Below are positions 36,876 to 45,215 of a stretch of DNA of 64,000 nt, one piece after another. A model generated the notes under the pieces. It had not been told where the DNA came from, did not search any database, and was given only the letters and a program-made list of their open reading frames with translations. Source of the DNA: Chitinophagales bacterium (lineage in GTDB: Bacteria > Bacteroidota > Bacteroidia > Chitinophagales > Saprospiraceae). The stretch covers positions 78,978-142,977 of the forward strand of contig JAAFJY010000001.1 of the NCBI GenBank assembly GCA_013299105.1, in the 5' to 3' direction. A program made the translations under genes and the position numbers. Each line of letters begins with the position of its first letter. The stretch's first letter is position 1.

Positions 36876-38438
36876 GTGGAAAAAGAATTGATCATCAACT
36901 CCACCCCAACGGATGTTGAGATTGCCTTGCTGGAAAACGGCAAATTGGTAGAATTGCACTACCAAAAAACCAGCAACAACTTCAGTGTAGGAGACATTTT
37001 TCTGGGTAAGGTGCAACGCCTTACGCCTGGACTCAATGCAGGTTTTGTGGACATTGGCCACAAAAAAGGCGCTTTTTTGCACTATTCCGACCTAGGCACC
37101 AAGATTCGTTCGGTGGTAAAGTTCACCCAGCAAGTGACTACGGGGGCCATGAACACCCCCAGCCTCGACAATTTTGAAATCGAGCCAGAAACCCACAAAA
37201 GCGGGAAAATCGACCAGGTTTTACACAAACGCCAGAACCTATTGGTGCAGATTTTCAAGGAAGAAATCTCAACCAAAGGCCCGCGCCTTACCTGCGAAAT
37301 CACCATTCCAGGCCGCTACCTGGTTTTGACCCCCTTCAATGATGTGGTGGCAGTGTCCAAAAAAATTGCCAACAACGAAGAGCGCAAACGCCTCAAAGTT
37401 TTGATCGAAAGCATCAAACCCAAAAACTTTGGCGTGATCGTGCGCACTGCGGCTGAAGGCAAAAAAGTGGCCGACCTGCACGAGGAACTCACTTTGATGC
37501 AAAACAAGTGGGAAGACATGTTTCGCAACATGCACAAAGCAGAAGCCCCCGCCAAGCTCATGAGTGAGCTGGACAAAACCTCAAGCCTGCTGCGCGACCT
37601 GCTTACGGACTCCTTCAACCGGATTGTGATCAATGAGAAGGACCTGTACCAGAGTATTCGAGGCTACCTGAGCTCAATTGCCCCTGAGAGATTGAGCATC
37701 TTGCAACTGCACAAAGGCCCTCGCCCGGTTTTTGACACTCACAACATCACCCGCCAGATCCAGGCTTCTTTTGGCAAAACCGCCACTATGAGCAGCGGTG
37801 CCTACTTGGTGATCGAGTCCACCGAGGCCATGCACGTAATCGACGTGAACAGCGGCCACAAGACCTCCAGTTCTAACGCCGACGAAGCCGCTCTGAAGGT
37901 CAACCTTGAGGCTGCTGAAGAAATCGCCCGCCAGTTGCGCCTACGCGACATCGGAGGCATCATCATCATCGACTTCATCGACCTGCGCAACCAGGACCAC
38001 AAAAAACTCTTGCAGGACACGATGCGAGATGCGATGAAAAAAGACCGCGCCCAGCATACGATCCTGCCCTTAAGCAAATTTGGCCTGATGCAGATCACCC
38101 GCCAGCGTGTGCGCCCCGAAGTCAAAATCGATACCAGCGAGGTATGCCCTACCTGCTCCGGAACGGGCAAAATGAATGCACCTTCACTGATCATCAACGA
38201 CATTGAGCGCGACCTGGAGTACATCCAACGCACCCACGCCAACTCCAAAGTAAAGTTGGTGGTGCACCCCTTCCTGCAAGCCTTCCTCACCCAAGGTGCT
38301 TGGTTCCGCAGCAAGCAATGGAAATGGTACCTGAGCAATTTCAAGTGGGTCGATATCAAAGCCGATAGTTCCTACCACCTCACATCGTATAAGTTTTTTG
38401 AAAACGACGATGAGATTAGACTGGGGCCGACGAGCTAG
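36876..38438 (+). CDS. Ribonuclease E/G family
   Basis: S1 domain (VGDIFLGKV..L.AGFVDIG), KGPRLT, IDVNSG, N.EAA.EIARQLRLRDIGGIIIIDFID, S.FGL..ITRQR, CP.C.G.G; GTG start assumed. Confidence 0.95.
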   Translation: MEKELIINSTPTDVEIALLENGKLVELHYQKTSNNFSVGDIFLGKVQRLTPGLNAGFVDIGHKKGAFLHYSDLGTKIRSVVKFTQQVTTGAMNTPSLDNFEIEPETHKSGKIDQVLHKRQNLLVQIFKEEISTKGPRLTCEITIPGRYLVLTPFNDVVAVSKKIANNEERKRLKVLIESIKPKNFGVIVRTAAEGKKVADLHEELTLMQNKWEDMFRNMHKAEAPAKLMSELDKTSSLLRDLLTDSFNRIVINEKDLYQSIRGYLSSIAPERLSILQLHKGPRPVFDTHNITRQIQASFGKTATMSSGAYLVIESTEAMHVIDVNSGHKTSSSNADEAALKVNLEAAEEIARQLRLRDIGGIIIIDFIDLRNQDHKKLLQDTMRDAMKKDRAQHTILPLSKFGLMQITRQRVRPEVKIDTSEVCPTCSGTGKMNAPSLIINDIERDLEYIQRTHANSKVKLVVHPFLQAFLTQGAWFRSKQWKWYLSNFKWVDIKADSSYHLTSYKFFENDDEIRLGPTS

Positions 38439-38465
38439 CATCGTTTCCCGCCGTGAAGCTGAAGC

Positions 38466-38507
38466 AAAATGCCTCTACATGAAACCTTGATCGTGTAGGG
38501 GCATTTT
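38466..38507. terminator. Bidirectional terminator / GTAG-type REP pair
   Basis: aaaatgcctctacatga / tcgtgtaggggcatttt between convergent genes. Confidence 0.75.
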
Positions 38508-39921
38508 ACAATCCCTTCAAATACTCCAGCACCGCTTTCCGTTGCTCCGCACTGAACTTATCCCCAAAACGGTGCCCCTGGTTGCCATAGCCCTTCAACT
38601 CGGTATTGTAGGTTTGCTTGTCTTTGGCCGTGCTTTCGCGGCTGTATTTCCAGCCTAATTTATCAAAATCGTAATCCTTGTCGGACAAACTGCGCCGCCA
38701 AAACGCAGGCCGATCCACGCTGTTCATCAGATCATCGAGCGTTGGCACTGAGCCATTGTGCAGATACGGCGCACTGGCCCAGATGCCATCCAGCGGAGGG
38801 GCCACATATCCTAGGCTGGGAATGGCCTGTGATTTGGGGCTTGACTGACCGTACCAGCTTTGGTTGTACCAATTTGAGAAAGCAGGATTTTCCACAAAAT
38901 AACGGGCGTAAACCGGGTCGGTGCCTACTTTTTCCAGTTCTACCAGTAGGTTGGGGTAATAGTTGTCGCCATCGTATTTGCCGTGGCAGCTTTCGCAATT
39001 TTCCTGAAAAAGGGTCTTGCCCTGCTGCGCTAAGGCCGCATTGATCGTGCCGGGATATTTTGGCGCTTGCAGGGTTTGCAACCAGGCCATCACGTCCTTG
39101 AAATTGTTGTTGATGCTGCGGGCGGTACTGGTATCTTCCACTGCTACCACCGTTACTTGCATCAAGAGCTTAGTGAAGTCGCCTCTGCCCATGCCATTGT
39201 AGTACAGGGCTCTCTTCTTCTTCACGTTCCAAAGCGGGGGCACATCCGAGCCGATCACTTCCTTGGGGATGGAAAAAACGGTTTGACCGCCGTTCCAATT
39301 CAAGTTGGCCTGCCGATGGGCTACGCTGGCTTGTTCTAGCATGAAGGCCGGGTTGATGCCCACAAAAGGCAAAATGGTGTAAGGCGCAGAGGCTTTTGCT
39401 CCACGGCCGTAAGCTTCATAAGCTTTCCATTCGGGCGAGCTCTCGCCATAACGGCCTCGGATACCGAAGTCGACAAGATTGAGCAGCTGACTATTGTCTT
39501 GCGTAAAATCCATTACGCTATTGCCCAGCCCAGCCACAAACTGACCATTGACCTTGGCCGAATGGCAGCCAAAGCAAGTGATGCCACCCGCAACTTTGAC
39601 CCCAGAAGGCATGGTAAAAACATTGAACCCCGGCGGTAATTTGGCATTGTCTCCACTGCGATTCAAGAGGTTCTCGTTGCTCAAATTACCGGGAAAAGCG
39701 CTGTAAACTTCCCAAGGCACCCCACCGCCGATGAAATTGCCTTCGCGCAAGTAATCCCAACCTTTTTGGGCGGTGCCCGTGATTATTTGTGCATTGGCAG
39801 GCAGGCGACTGGTGCCGCTAGGCGGCTCAGGATCGGTAGGCCCCATTTGTTCATTGGCACAAGTAAAAAGTATGGTGGCAAAAGCCACTGAAAATAAACT
39901 GAAGTACCAGGTATTGCGCAT
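38506..39921 (-). CDS. Di-heme c-type cytochrome lipoprotein (RoxA / cytochrome c peroxidase-like)
   Basis: Lipobox LFTC; CFGCH and CESCH heme motifs; APYLHNGSVPTL; C-terminal GH.FG. Confidence 0.82.
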   Translation of the reverse strand: MRNTWYFSLFSVAFATILFTCANEQMGPTDPEPPSGTSRLPANAQIITGTAQKGWDYLREGNFIGGGVPWEVYSAFPGNLSNENLLNRSGDNAKLPPGFNVFTMPSGVKVAGGITCFGCHSAKVNGQFVAGLGNSVMDFTQDNSQLLNLVDFGIRGRYGESSPEWKAYEAYGRGAKASAPYTILPFVGINPAFMLEQASVAHRQANLNWNGGQTVFSIPKEVIGSDVPPLWNVKKKRALYYNGMGRGDFTKLLMQVTVVAVEDTSTARSINNNFKDVMAWLQTLQAPKYPGTINAALAQQGKTLFQENCESCHGKYDGDNYYPNLLVELEKVGTDPVYARYFVENPAFSNWYNQSWYGQSSPKSQAIPSLGYVAPPLDGIWASAPYLHNGSVPTLDDLMNSVDRPAFWRRSLSDKDYDFDKLGWKYSRESTAKDKQTYNTELKGYGNQGHRFGDKFSAEQRKAVLEYLKGL

Positions 39922-39977
39922 AGTCGGTGATTTACGGGAAATGATGTTCGATTTAAACAGGCCAAGTTAAAACCTGT

Positions 39978-40460
39978 TTAGCGCTCCGACCATTTTTGTA
40001 AAACGATATTTACTTGTTGCTCATCGCGTTGAAATGCAAAAGCAGCTTCAGCAAATTTCGGGCTGCGCCATTTGCTTTTTACATTGTTGGAAAAACCGTA
40101 AGGCTCAGTGGGAATGCCGAGTTTGTTTTTATTGAGCTGGCCATCGCCGTTCAGGTCTTGGTAAACGGCCAAGGCATAGGAACCAAAAGGGAGTTTGGTT
40201 TCCCGATGGATCGTGGATTTGCTTGGTGCTGCGACTTGCAATACTACTCCTTTGACGCTTTTCCCTTCCTGCAAAAAATTCTGCTCATGGTCATAAAGGG
40301 CCAAACGAATAGGAGCGTTGGCGTTCTGAAGGTATTCTACCTTGACCTGGAGCGTACCCGTTGAGGGCAAAAAAGAAAGACAGCCCAAAATGCAGAGAAA
40401 ATGCATAGCAGTTTTCCCTCCAGAACGCCAAAAACGCAAGAATGTTGAAACATAGGTCAA
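39978..40460 (-). CDS. DUF2141 domain protein
   Basis: G.YA.AVYQD.NGDGQL.KN.LGIPTEPYGFSNN..P.F..AAF; true start uncertain. Confidence 0.88.
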   Translation of the reverse strand: MTYVSTFLRFWRSGGKTAMHFLCILGCLSFLPSTGTLQVKVEYLQNANAPIRLALYDHEQNFLQEGKSVKGVVLQVAAPSKSTIHRETKLPFGSYALAVYQDLNGDGQLNKNKLGIPTEPYGFSNNVKSKWRSPKFAEAAFAFQRDEQQVNIVLQKWSER

Positions 40461-40461
40461 A

Positions 40462-40719
40462 TTACCCCCGCCCCAAGCCCAATAAGCGGCCTAGCAAAAG
40501 GAGTACAACTGCCCCGATGACCGAAGTGCCAATCAGGTTGACCAAATGGCTACCCAAGTTTAGGTTGATCCCCAATTTGCCGAGTACCCAGCCTCCTACA
40601 AAGGAACCAAGTACGCCCAAGATGATGTTCCAAAGCAAGCCACTGCCCGATCCTTTGAACAACTGACCAGCCAACCAGCCGGATACCGCGCCAATGAGTA
40701 AAACGTAAAGCAAATCCAT
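40462..40719 (-). CDS. GlsB/YeaQ/YmgE family (transglycosylase-associated) membrane protein
   Basis: LIGAVSGWLAG..G..WNIILG.LGSFVGG..IGAVVLL. Confidence 0.9.
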   Translation of the reverse strand: MDLLYVLLIGAVSGWLAGQLFKGSGSGLLWNIILGVLGSFVGGWVLGKLGINLNLGSHLVNLIGTSVIGAVVLLLLGRLLGLGRG

Positions 40720-40749
40720 GATTCAATATTTTAGGTGTGAAAAAAGACT

Positions 40750-40899
40750 TTAGAGCGCGTAAAAAATAAGGTAAACGAGTTGGATTTAGTGAAAAAAGGT
40801 CACTATTAGTTTAAGCAACTGGATTCAAGGAAGTGGTGTTCTTTTTTTGCTACACCTCAAAAGCAAAGTAATTTACCTTATTTTAGCTCGAATACTAAG
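40750..40899 (+). mobile_element. MITE family 2, copy 4 (long subtype, more diverged)
   Basis: cgtaaaaaataaggt..tttagtgaaaaaaggtcactattagtttaagcaactgga..ttattttagctcgaatac. Confidence 0.75.
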
Positions 40900-41112
40900 A
40901 TGTTCTGAACTAAGGTACGCATTTATTGATCCAAACTAGGATCAGGGGCTGATTTTTTTCATTTCAGACCATATTTCAAAATTCGCCTTCTAACATTATC
41001 CCTTCATTTTCAGCTATCTTTTAGCCAAAAAAAGGCCCAAAACTTGATTCTCTCTTACTTTTCCTGCACTTTTGATCTGCCCCGAATATTATTATACACC
41101 AAAACCCTAAAA

Positions 41113-43674
41113 ATGAAGACTTGCCGCCACCTCTTGTGCTGGGGCCTCCTTGCCCTTGGCTTTTTGTCAGCTACACATTTATTTGCCCAAAAAACCTATG
41201 CCTTGGTCATTGGGCTTTCAAAGTACAAGGTACTCACGCCTTTGGAATACGCTGATCGGGATGCTTTGGCCTTGGTCGATTATTTACAAGACCAACAAAT
41301 ACCTGCCGAGCAAATCCGCCTTTTTCTCAATGAAAATGCGACCAGAATCAACATCGTTGACGAATTGTTTAACCTCAGCAAAGTATTAAAAGCCCATGAT
41401 CGCCTGTATTTTTATTTTGGTGGGCATGGCGACTTAGAGGCGCAGCTTAGTCACGACAATGCCCTCCTGTTGCTTTACAATTCCTTCAAAACTGGCTACT
41501 TGCAAGGCAACGATTTCCTAAGCTTGGGTGAGCTAAAAACCTGGTTCGGCAACTTGAGCAGCAAGCAAGTGGAGGTTGTTTTCATCGCCGATGCTTGCCA
41601 CTCAGGAGCCTTGATCGGAGGCCAGGAAGGGTACTCCAAAACCCAAAAGGCCCTGCACGAAAACTGGGGCAAAGTGACCAAAATCCTATCCAGCCAAGCA
41701 GGTGAATACTCGCTGGAAGGCAAACAATGGGGCGGTGGACGTGGCCTTTTTTCCTACCACCTCATCAATGGCCTGGCTGGGCGGGCCGATCAAAATGGCA
41801 ACCAAAAGGTGTCCTTGCGCGAATTGGATGCCTACCTCAAAGCAAATGTAGCACGCCAGGCGGCCCCCAACGTCCAAACTCCCGTAGCCTTGGGCGATCC
41901 CAACCTGATGCTGGCCAAGACCAGCGCCATAAACCTGAAAAAACTAAGCGATGCCGAAAGGCGCAACGTACCACTCATCAGCGAAGTGAACCTCAAAAAC
42001 CGGGCCGCACCACTCGAAGACCTACTGGTAAAAATGGACACCAGCATCGTGGAGGCTTACAAAAGATTTACCCGCTCACTCAAAGAAAAAAGGCTGGCCT
42101 CACACGACGACCCCAATGACTACGCCTTGTTGCATTACAAAATGCTGGAAAAACGAAAAGTACCCGACACCCTACTCAACATCATGAAGCGCAACTTGGC
42201 GGCGGCTTTGCTCCAGCGTGAAGTGGACATCATGCTAGAGCCCCGACAAAATGCTCGGTCCTTTTTCATGGTCAAAGAAGAAGCAGTGGAAAAAGCCATC
42301 CGTAATTTGGACGAAACCGCCCTGCTATTTGGCACCGATCATTACTTTTATAATTTCCTTCAGGCCCGCAAACTGGTGCTCAATACGCTATACACCAAGC
42401 CTAGCAAAAGCTTGGAGACCCCGATTGACGATATCCTGAACGAGTATAAGCGCTCCACCCAACAAAAAATCAGTACTTTGCTCAGGAGTCTGGAACTGGA
42501 ACCCAACATGGTTTCTACTTATTTGCTCCTCTCTAGATTTTATACTACCGACTCAAAGCGGGATTCGGCGGTGTATTACCTGGAAAAGGTCACCGATCTC
42601 TTGCCCAACAACCTCACCCTCAATTGTGACGCTGGTGATATTTACAGCCGCATAGAATACCAGGAAAATGGGAAACGCCTGGCGCATCCAAAGGCGATAT
42701 ACTACCTCGAAAGGGCCATTAAGCTCGACAGTACTTTTTTACGCCCTTACATCCAGTTTTCAGAGATGTACACTGGCCGCCGTAGAAATGATGATTACCA
42801 TGATTTTACAAGGGCCATTCCCTATTTACAAAAATCATTGCGTTTGTTGGAAAAACCACTGGAAGAGATCAAACAAATGGGTTTTGACAAACCCGTAGGG
42901 AAAGCCAATTTCATGCAACCTAGTAGACAACGGGGTGATTTTGGGCTGACGCTGTCACAGTATCTTTGGTTGGAATACAGTTACGCACAAATTGGCGATT
43001 CAATCAACGCCCACAAGTACGAGCAAAAATTGGTCAACACTTGCACAGAGGTAAATGCTGCCAATTTTATGATGCAGGCTGCCATAAATTATTATTTTCT
43101 TTTTGGCGTAGACTCTAGTTTCCTCCACTTGAAAAAAAGCCTGGCTTTTATGCTGGCCGCCCAAAAAAAGATGGAAGCTGACCTGGCCCTGGCCAATATT
43201 GAGGACCAAGCTTTCCAAAACATTCTCTACCGAGAGAACCTCAAGGCCATTGGGGCTACTTATCGGAACCTTCAGCGCTACACCGAAGCAGAACAGTATT
43301 TGCTCAAATCAATTGCTGTTTCCGTAGAGGGTTTTCCCTATCTGGATCGCATGAAAATGATGGGAAGTGGAGTTTACGAAATGAAGGATCGCGAAATTAC
43401 CTTTCCACTGGGGCTCGGAATCGCAGGCCAAAATGTTTACCATTATCGGGTAGAACCTCACCATGAATTATTTTTGCTTAACTTAGAACAAAATAGACCC
43501 GAAGTGGCGCTGCAATGGTTGGAAAAAGCCCTTCAGGTTTCGGTCAAAGAAAATGGCAATGACATTTCTGGCACTCCCTACCGTACTTCAGCATTAAAAA
43601 CCTACAAAAACCTGGATGTTGATGCATTCAATGCGCTTTATGACAAATATTTCCCAAAGACGGACAAGAAATAA
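41113..43674 (+). CDS. Exported caspase-like (peptidase C14) protein with C-terminal TPRs
   Basis: Signal peptide ..HLFA|Q; YALVIG..Y..L.YADRDA, FYFGGHG (His), IADACHSG (Cys), G.G.FSYHL..GL.G.AD, Q.P; then TPR helices. Confidence 0.88.
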   Translation: MKTCRHLLCWGLLALGFLSATHLFAQKTYALVIGLSKYKVLTPLEYADRDALALVDYLQDQQIPAEQIRLFLNENATRINIVDELFNLSKVLKAHDRLYFYFGGHGDLEAQLSHDNALLLLYNSFKTGYLQGNDFLSLGELKTWFGNLSSKQVEVVFIADACHSGALIGGQEGYSKTQKALHENWGKVTKILSSQAGEYSLEGKQWGGGRGLFSYHLINGLAGRADQNGNQKVSLRELDAYLKANVARQAAPNVQTPVALGDPNLMLAKTSAINLKKLSDAERRNVPLISEVNLKNRAAPLEDLLVKMDTSIVEAYKRFTRSLKEKRLASHDDPNDYALLHYKMLEKRKVPDTLLNIMKRNLAAALLQREVDIMLEPRQNARSFFMVKEEAVEKAIRNLDETALLFGTDHYFYNFLQARKLVLNTLYTKPSKSLETPIDDILNEYKRSTQQKISTLLRSLELEPNMVSTYLLLSRFYTTDSKRDSAVYYLEKVTDLLPNNLTLNCDAGDIYSRIEYQENGKRLAHPKAIYYLERAIKLDSTFLRPYIQFSEMYTGRRRNDDYHDFTRAIPYLQKSLRLLEKPLEEIKQMGFDKPVGKANFMQPSRQRGDFGLTLSQYLWLEYSYAQIGDSINAHKYEQKLVNTCTEVNAANFMMQAAINYYFLFGVDSSFLHLKKSLAFMLAAQKKMEADLALANIEDQAFQNILYRENLKAIGATYRNLQRYTEAEQYLLKSIAVSVEGFPYLDRMKMMGSGVYEMKDREITFPLGLGIAGQNVYHYRVEPHHELFLLNLEQNRPEVALQWLEKALQVSVKENGNDISGTPYRTSALKTYKNLDVDAFNALYDKYFPKTDKK

Positions 43675-45073
43675 GGTACTGACAGGGGCGCTTGGCAGGC
43701 TGGGATTGGTATTTTTACTGGGCTGGGCTCCATTTCAAGCCCCAGCTCAAAAGCCCGATACCAACTTCAAACCTGCCAATGCCAACCCTTTTTTAGTGCC
43801 GGAAGACAGCTCTATTTTTCGGGACAAGTACATCATTTCGGAACTCGAAAAAGTGCAGTATGCCAAGTATTCTGAGGACCTGAAAAAAGCTGCCCTGCAA
43901 AAACTGCTCGAAAACCAGAAACTCCAAACCATTGCCCTGGCCCAAAAACTCAAAACCGAACAACTACAAGCCGAAGCTGCCCGCAAGGAATCAGCAGCAA
44001 AACGCAAGGAAGAAACCCAAAAACAAAAAATCAAGCAACTCGAAATCGCCCAGCTCAACCAAAGGCTGACTCTCCAGCAGCGCACCCGCAATTTCTTGTA
44101 CCTGGTGGTGGGCTTGCTGGCTACGCTAGGATTGTCGCTTTTGTGGCTTAACCGTCAATTGTTCAAGAGAAACAAGTCTATCCAGCGCCTATCCATTGAA
44201 AATTTGCAAAAAGAGCAGGAAAAACAGCAAATTTTAGCCAGCCAGAATGAAACCCTGGAGATTCAGGTCAATGAAAGAACGGCTGCGCTCAAAGCCTCCC
44301 AAGCCCAACTCATCCAATCCGAAAAACTGGCCTCACTGGGTGAGCTCACTGCGGGCATCGCCCATGAGATCCAAAACCCCTTGAATTTCGTCAACAATTT
44401 CGCCGAAGTAAGTGCTGAATTGCTGGATGAAATGAATGAAGAATTGGAGAAAGGCGATACCGATGAGGCCAAGGCAATTGCCAATGACCTCAAGTCGAAC
44501 CTGACAAAAATCGCCTCGCACGGCAAGCGCGCCTCCTCCATCGTAAAAGGCATGTTGGAGCACTCGCGCAGCGGCAGCGGCGTAAAGGAGCTTACCGACC
44601 TCAATCAAATGGCGGAGGAATACCTGCGCCTGGCTTATCACGGCCTTCGGGCCAAAGACAGCAGTTTCAGCGTACAGTTTGAAACCGACCTGGATCCTCA
44701 AATACCCAGAATTGAGGTAATTCCTCAAGACCTGAGCAGGGTTTTACTCAACCTGATCAACAATGCTTTTTATGCCAGCAACGAGCGGGCAAAAACCGAT
44801 GCAGCACTAAAGCCAATGGTCAGCATCAGCACGCGTAAATTGAGTGATAAACAGGTAGAAATCCGCGTACAAGACAATGGAAATGGCATCCCTGAAGGCA
44901 TCCGTGACAAGATTTTCCAACCCTTTTTTACTACCAAGCCTACTGGGCAGGGTACTGGATTGGGGTTGAGCTTGGCTTATGACATTGTGGTGAAGGGGCA
45001 TGGGGGGCGTTTGGAAGTGGAGTCGAAAGAGGGAGAAGGGACGGGATTTATTGTGAAATTGCCCTTTTTATGA
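43640..45073 (+). CDS. Histidine kinase 1 with only a short coiled-coil extracytoplasmic region
   Basis: Signal-like ..APA|Q, ~100 aa coiled coil, one TM helix, [25 protein letters not shown]-box, N/G1/F/G2 boxes. Overlaps the caspase gene; start may be 43616-43640. Confidence 0.88.
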   Translation: MTNISQRRTRNKVLTGALGRLGLVFLLGWAPFQAPAQKPDTNFKPANANPFLVPEDSSIFRDKYIISELEKVQYAKYSEDLKKAALQKLLENQKLQTIALAQKLKTEQLQAEAARKESAAKRKEETQKQKIKQLEIAQLNQRLTLQQRTRNFLYLVVGLLATLGLSLLWLNRQLFKRNKSIQRLSIENLQKEQEKQQILASQNETLEIQVNERTAALKASQAQLIQSEKLASLGELTAGIAHEIQNPLNFVNNFAEVSAELLDEMNEELEKGDTDEAKAIANDLKSNLTKIASHGKRASSIVKGMLEHSRSGSGVKELTDLNQMAEEYLRLAYHGLRAKDSSFSVQFETDLDPQIPRIEVIPQDLSRVLLNLINNAFYASNERAKTDAALKPMVSISTRKLSDKQVEIRVQDNGNGIPEGIRDKIFQPFFTTKPTGQGTGLGLSLAYDIVVKGHGGRLEVESKEGEGTGFIVKLPFL

Positions 45074-45126
45074 TGCCGAAAATTTTAAAAATCATGCCTT
45101 TTATGATGCCGAAAATTAATTTTTTG

Positions 45127-45185
45127 GTGAAGGGGCGTGAGGGGAACTTAGAGGTGGAAATCCAAATCAAGAAGGAACCATTTTT
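45127..45185 (+). pseudogene. Degenerate remnant of a histidine-kinase C-terminal tail
   Basis: gtgaaggggcgtgaggggaacttagaggtggaa..gaaggaaccattttt resembles VKGHGGRLEVES..EGT.F with an indel; preceded by a ~22 bp direct repeat spanning the HK1 stop. Confidence 0.5.
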
Positions 45186-45215
45186 CCCCTTAAACTAAAC
45201 AGCTAAAACCGACAA

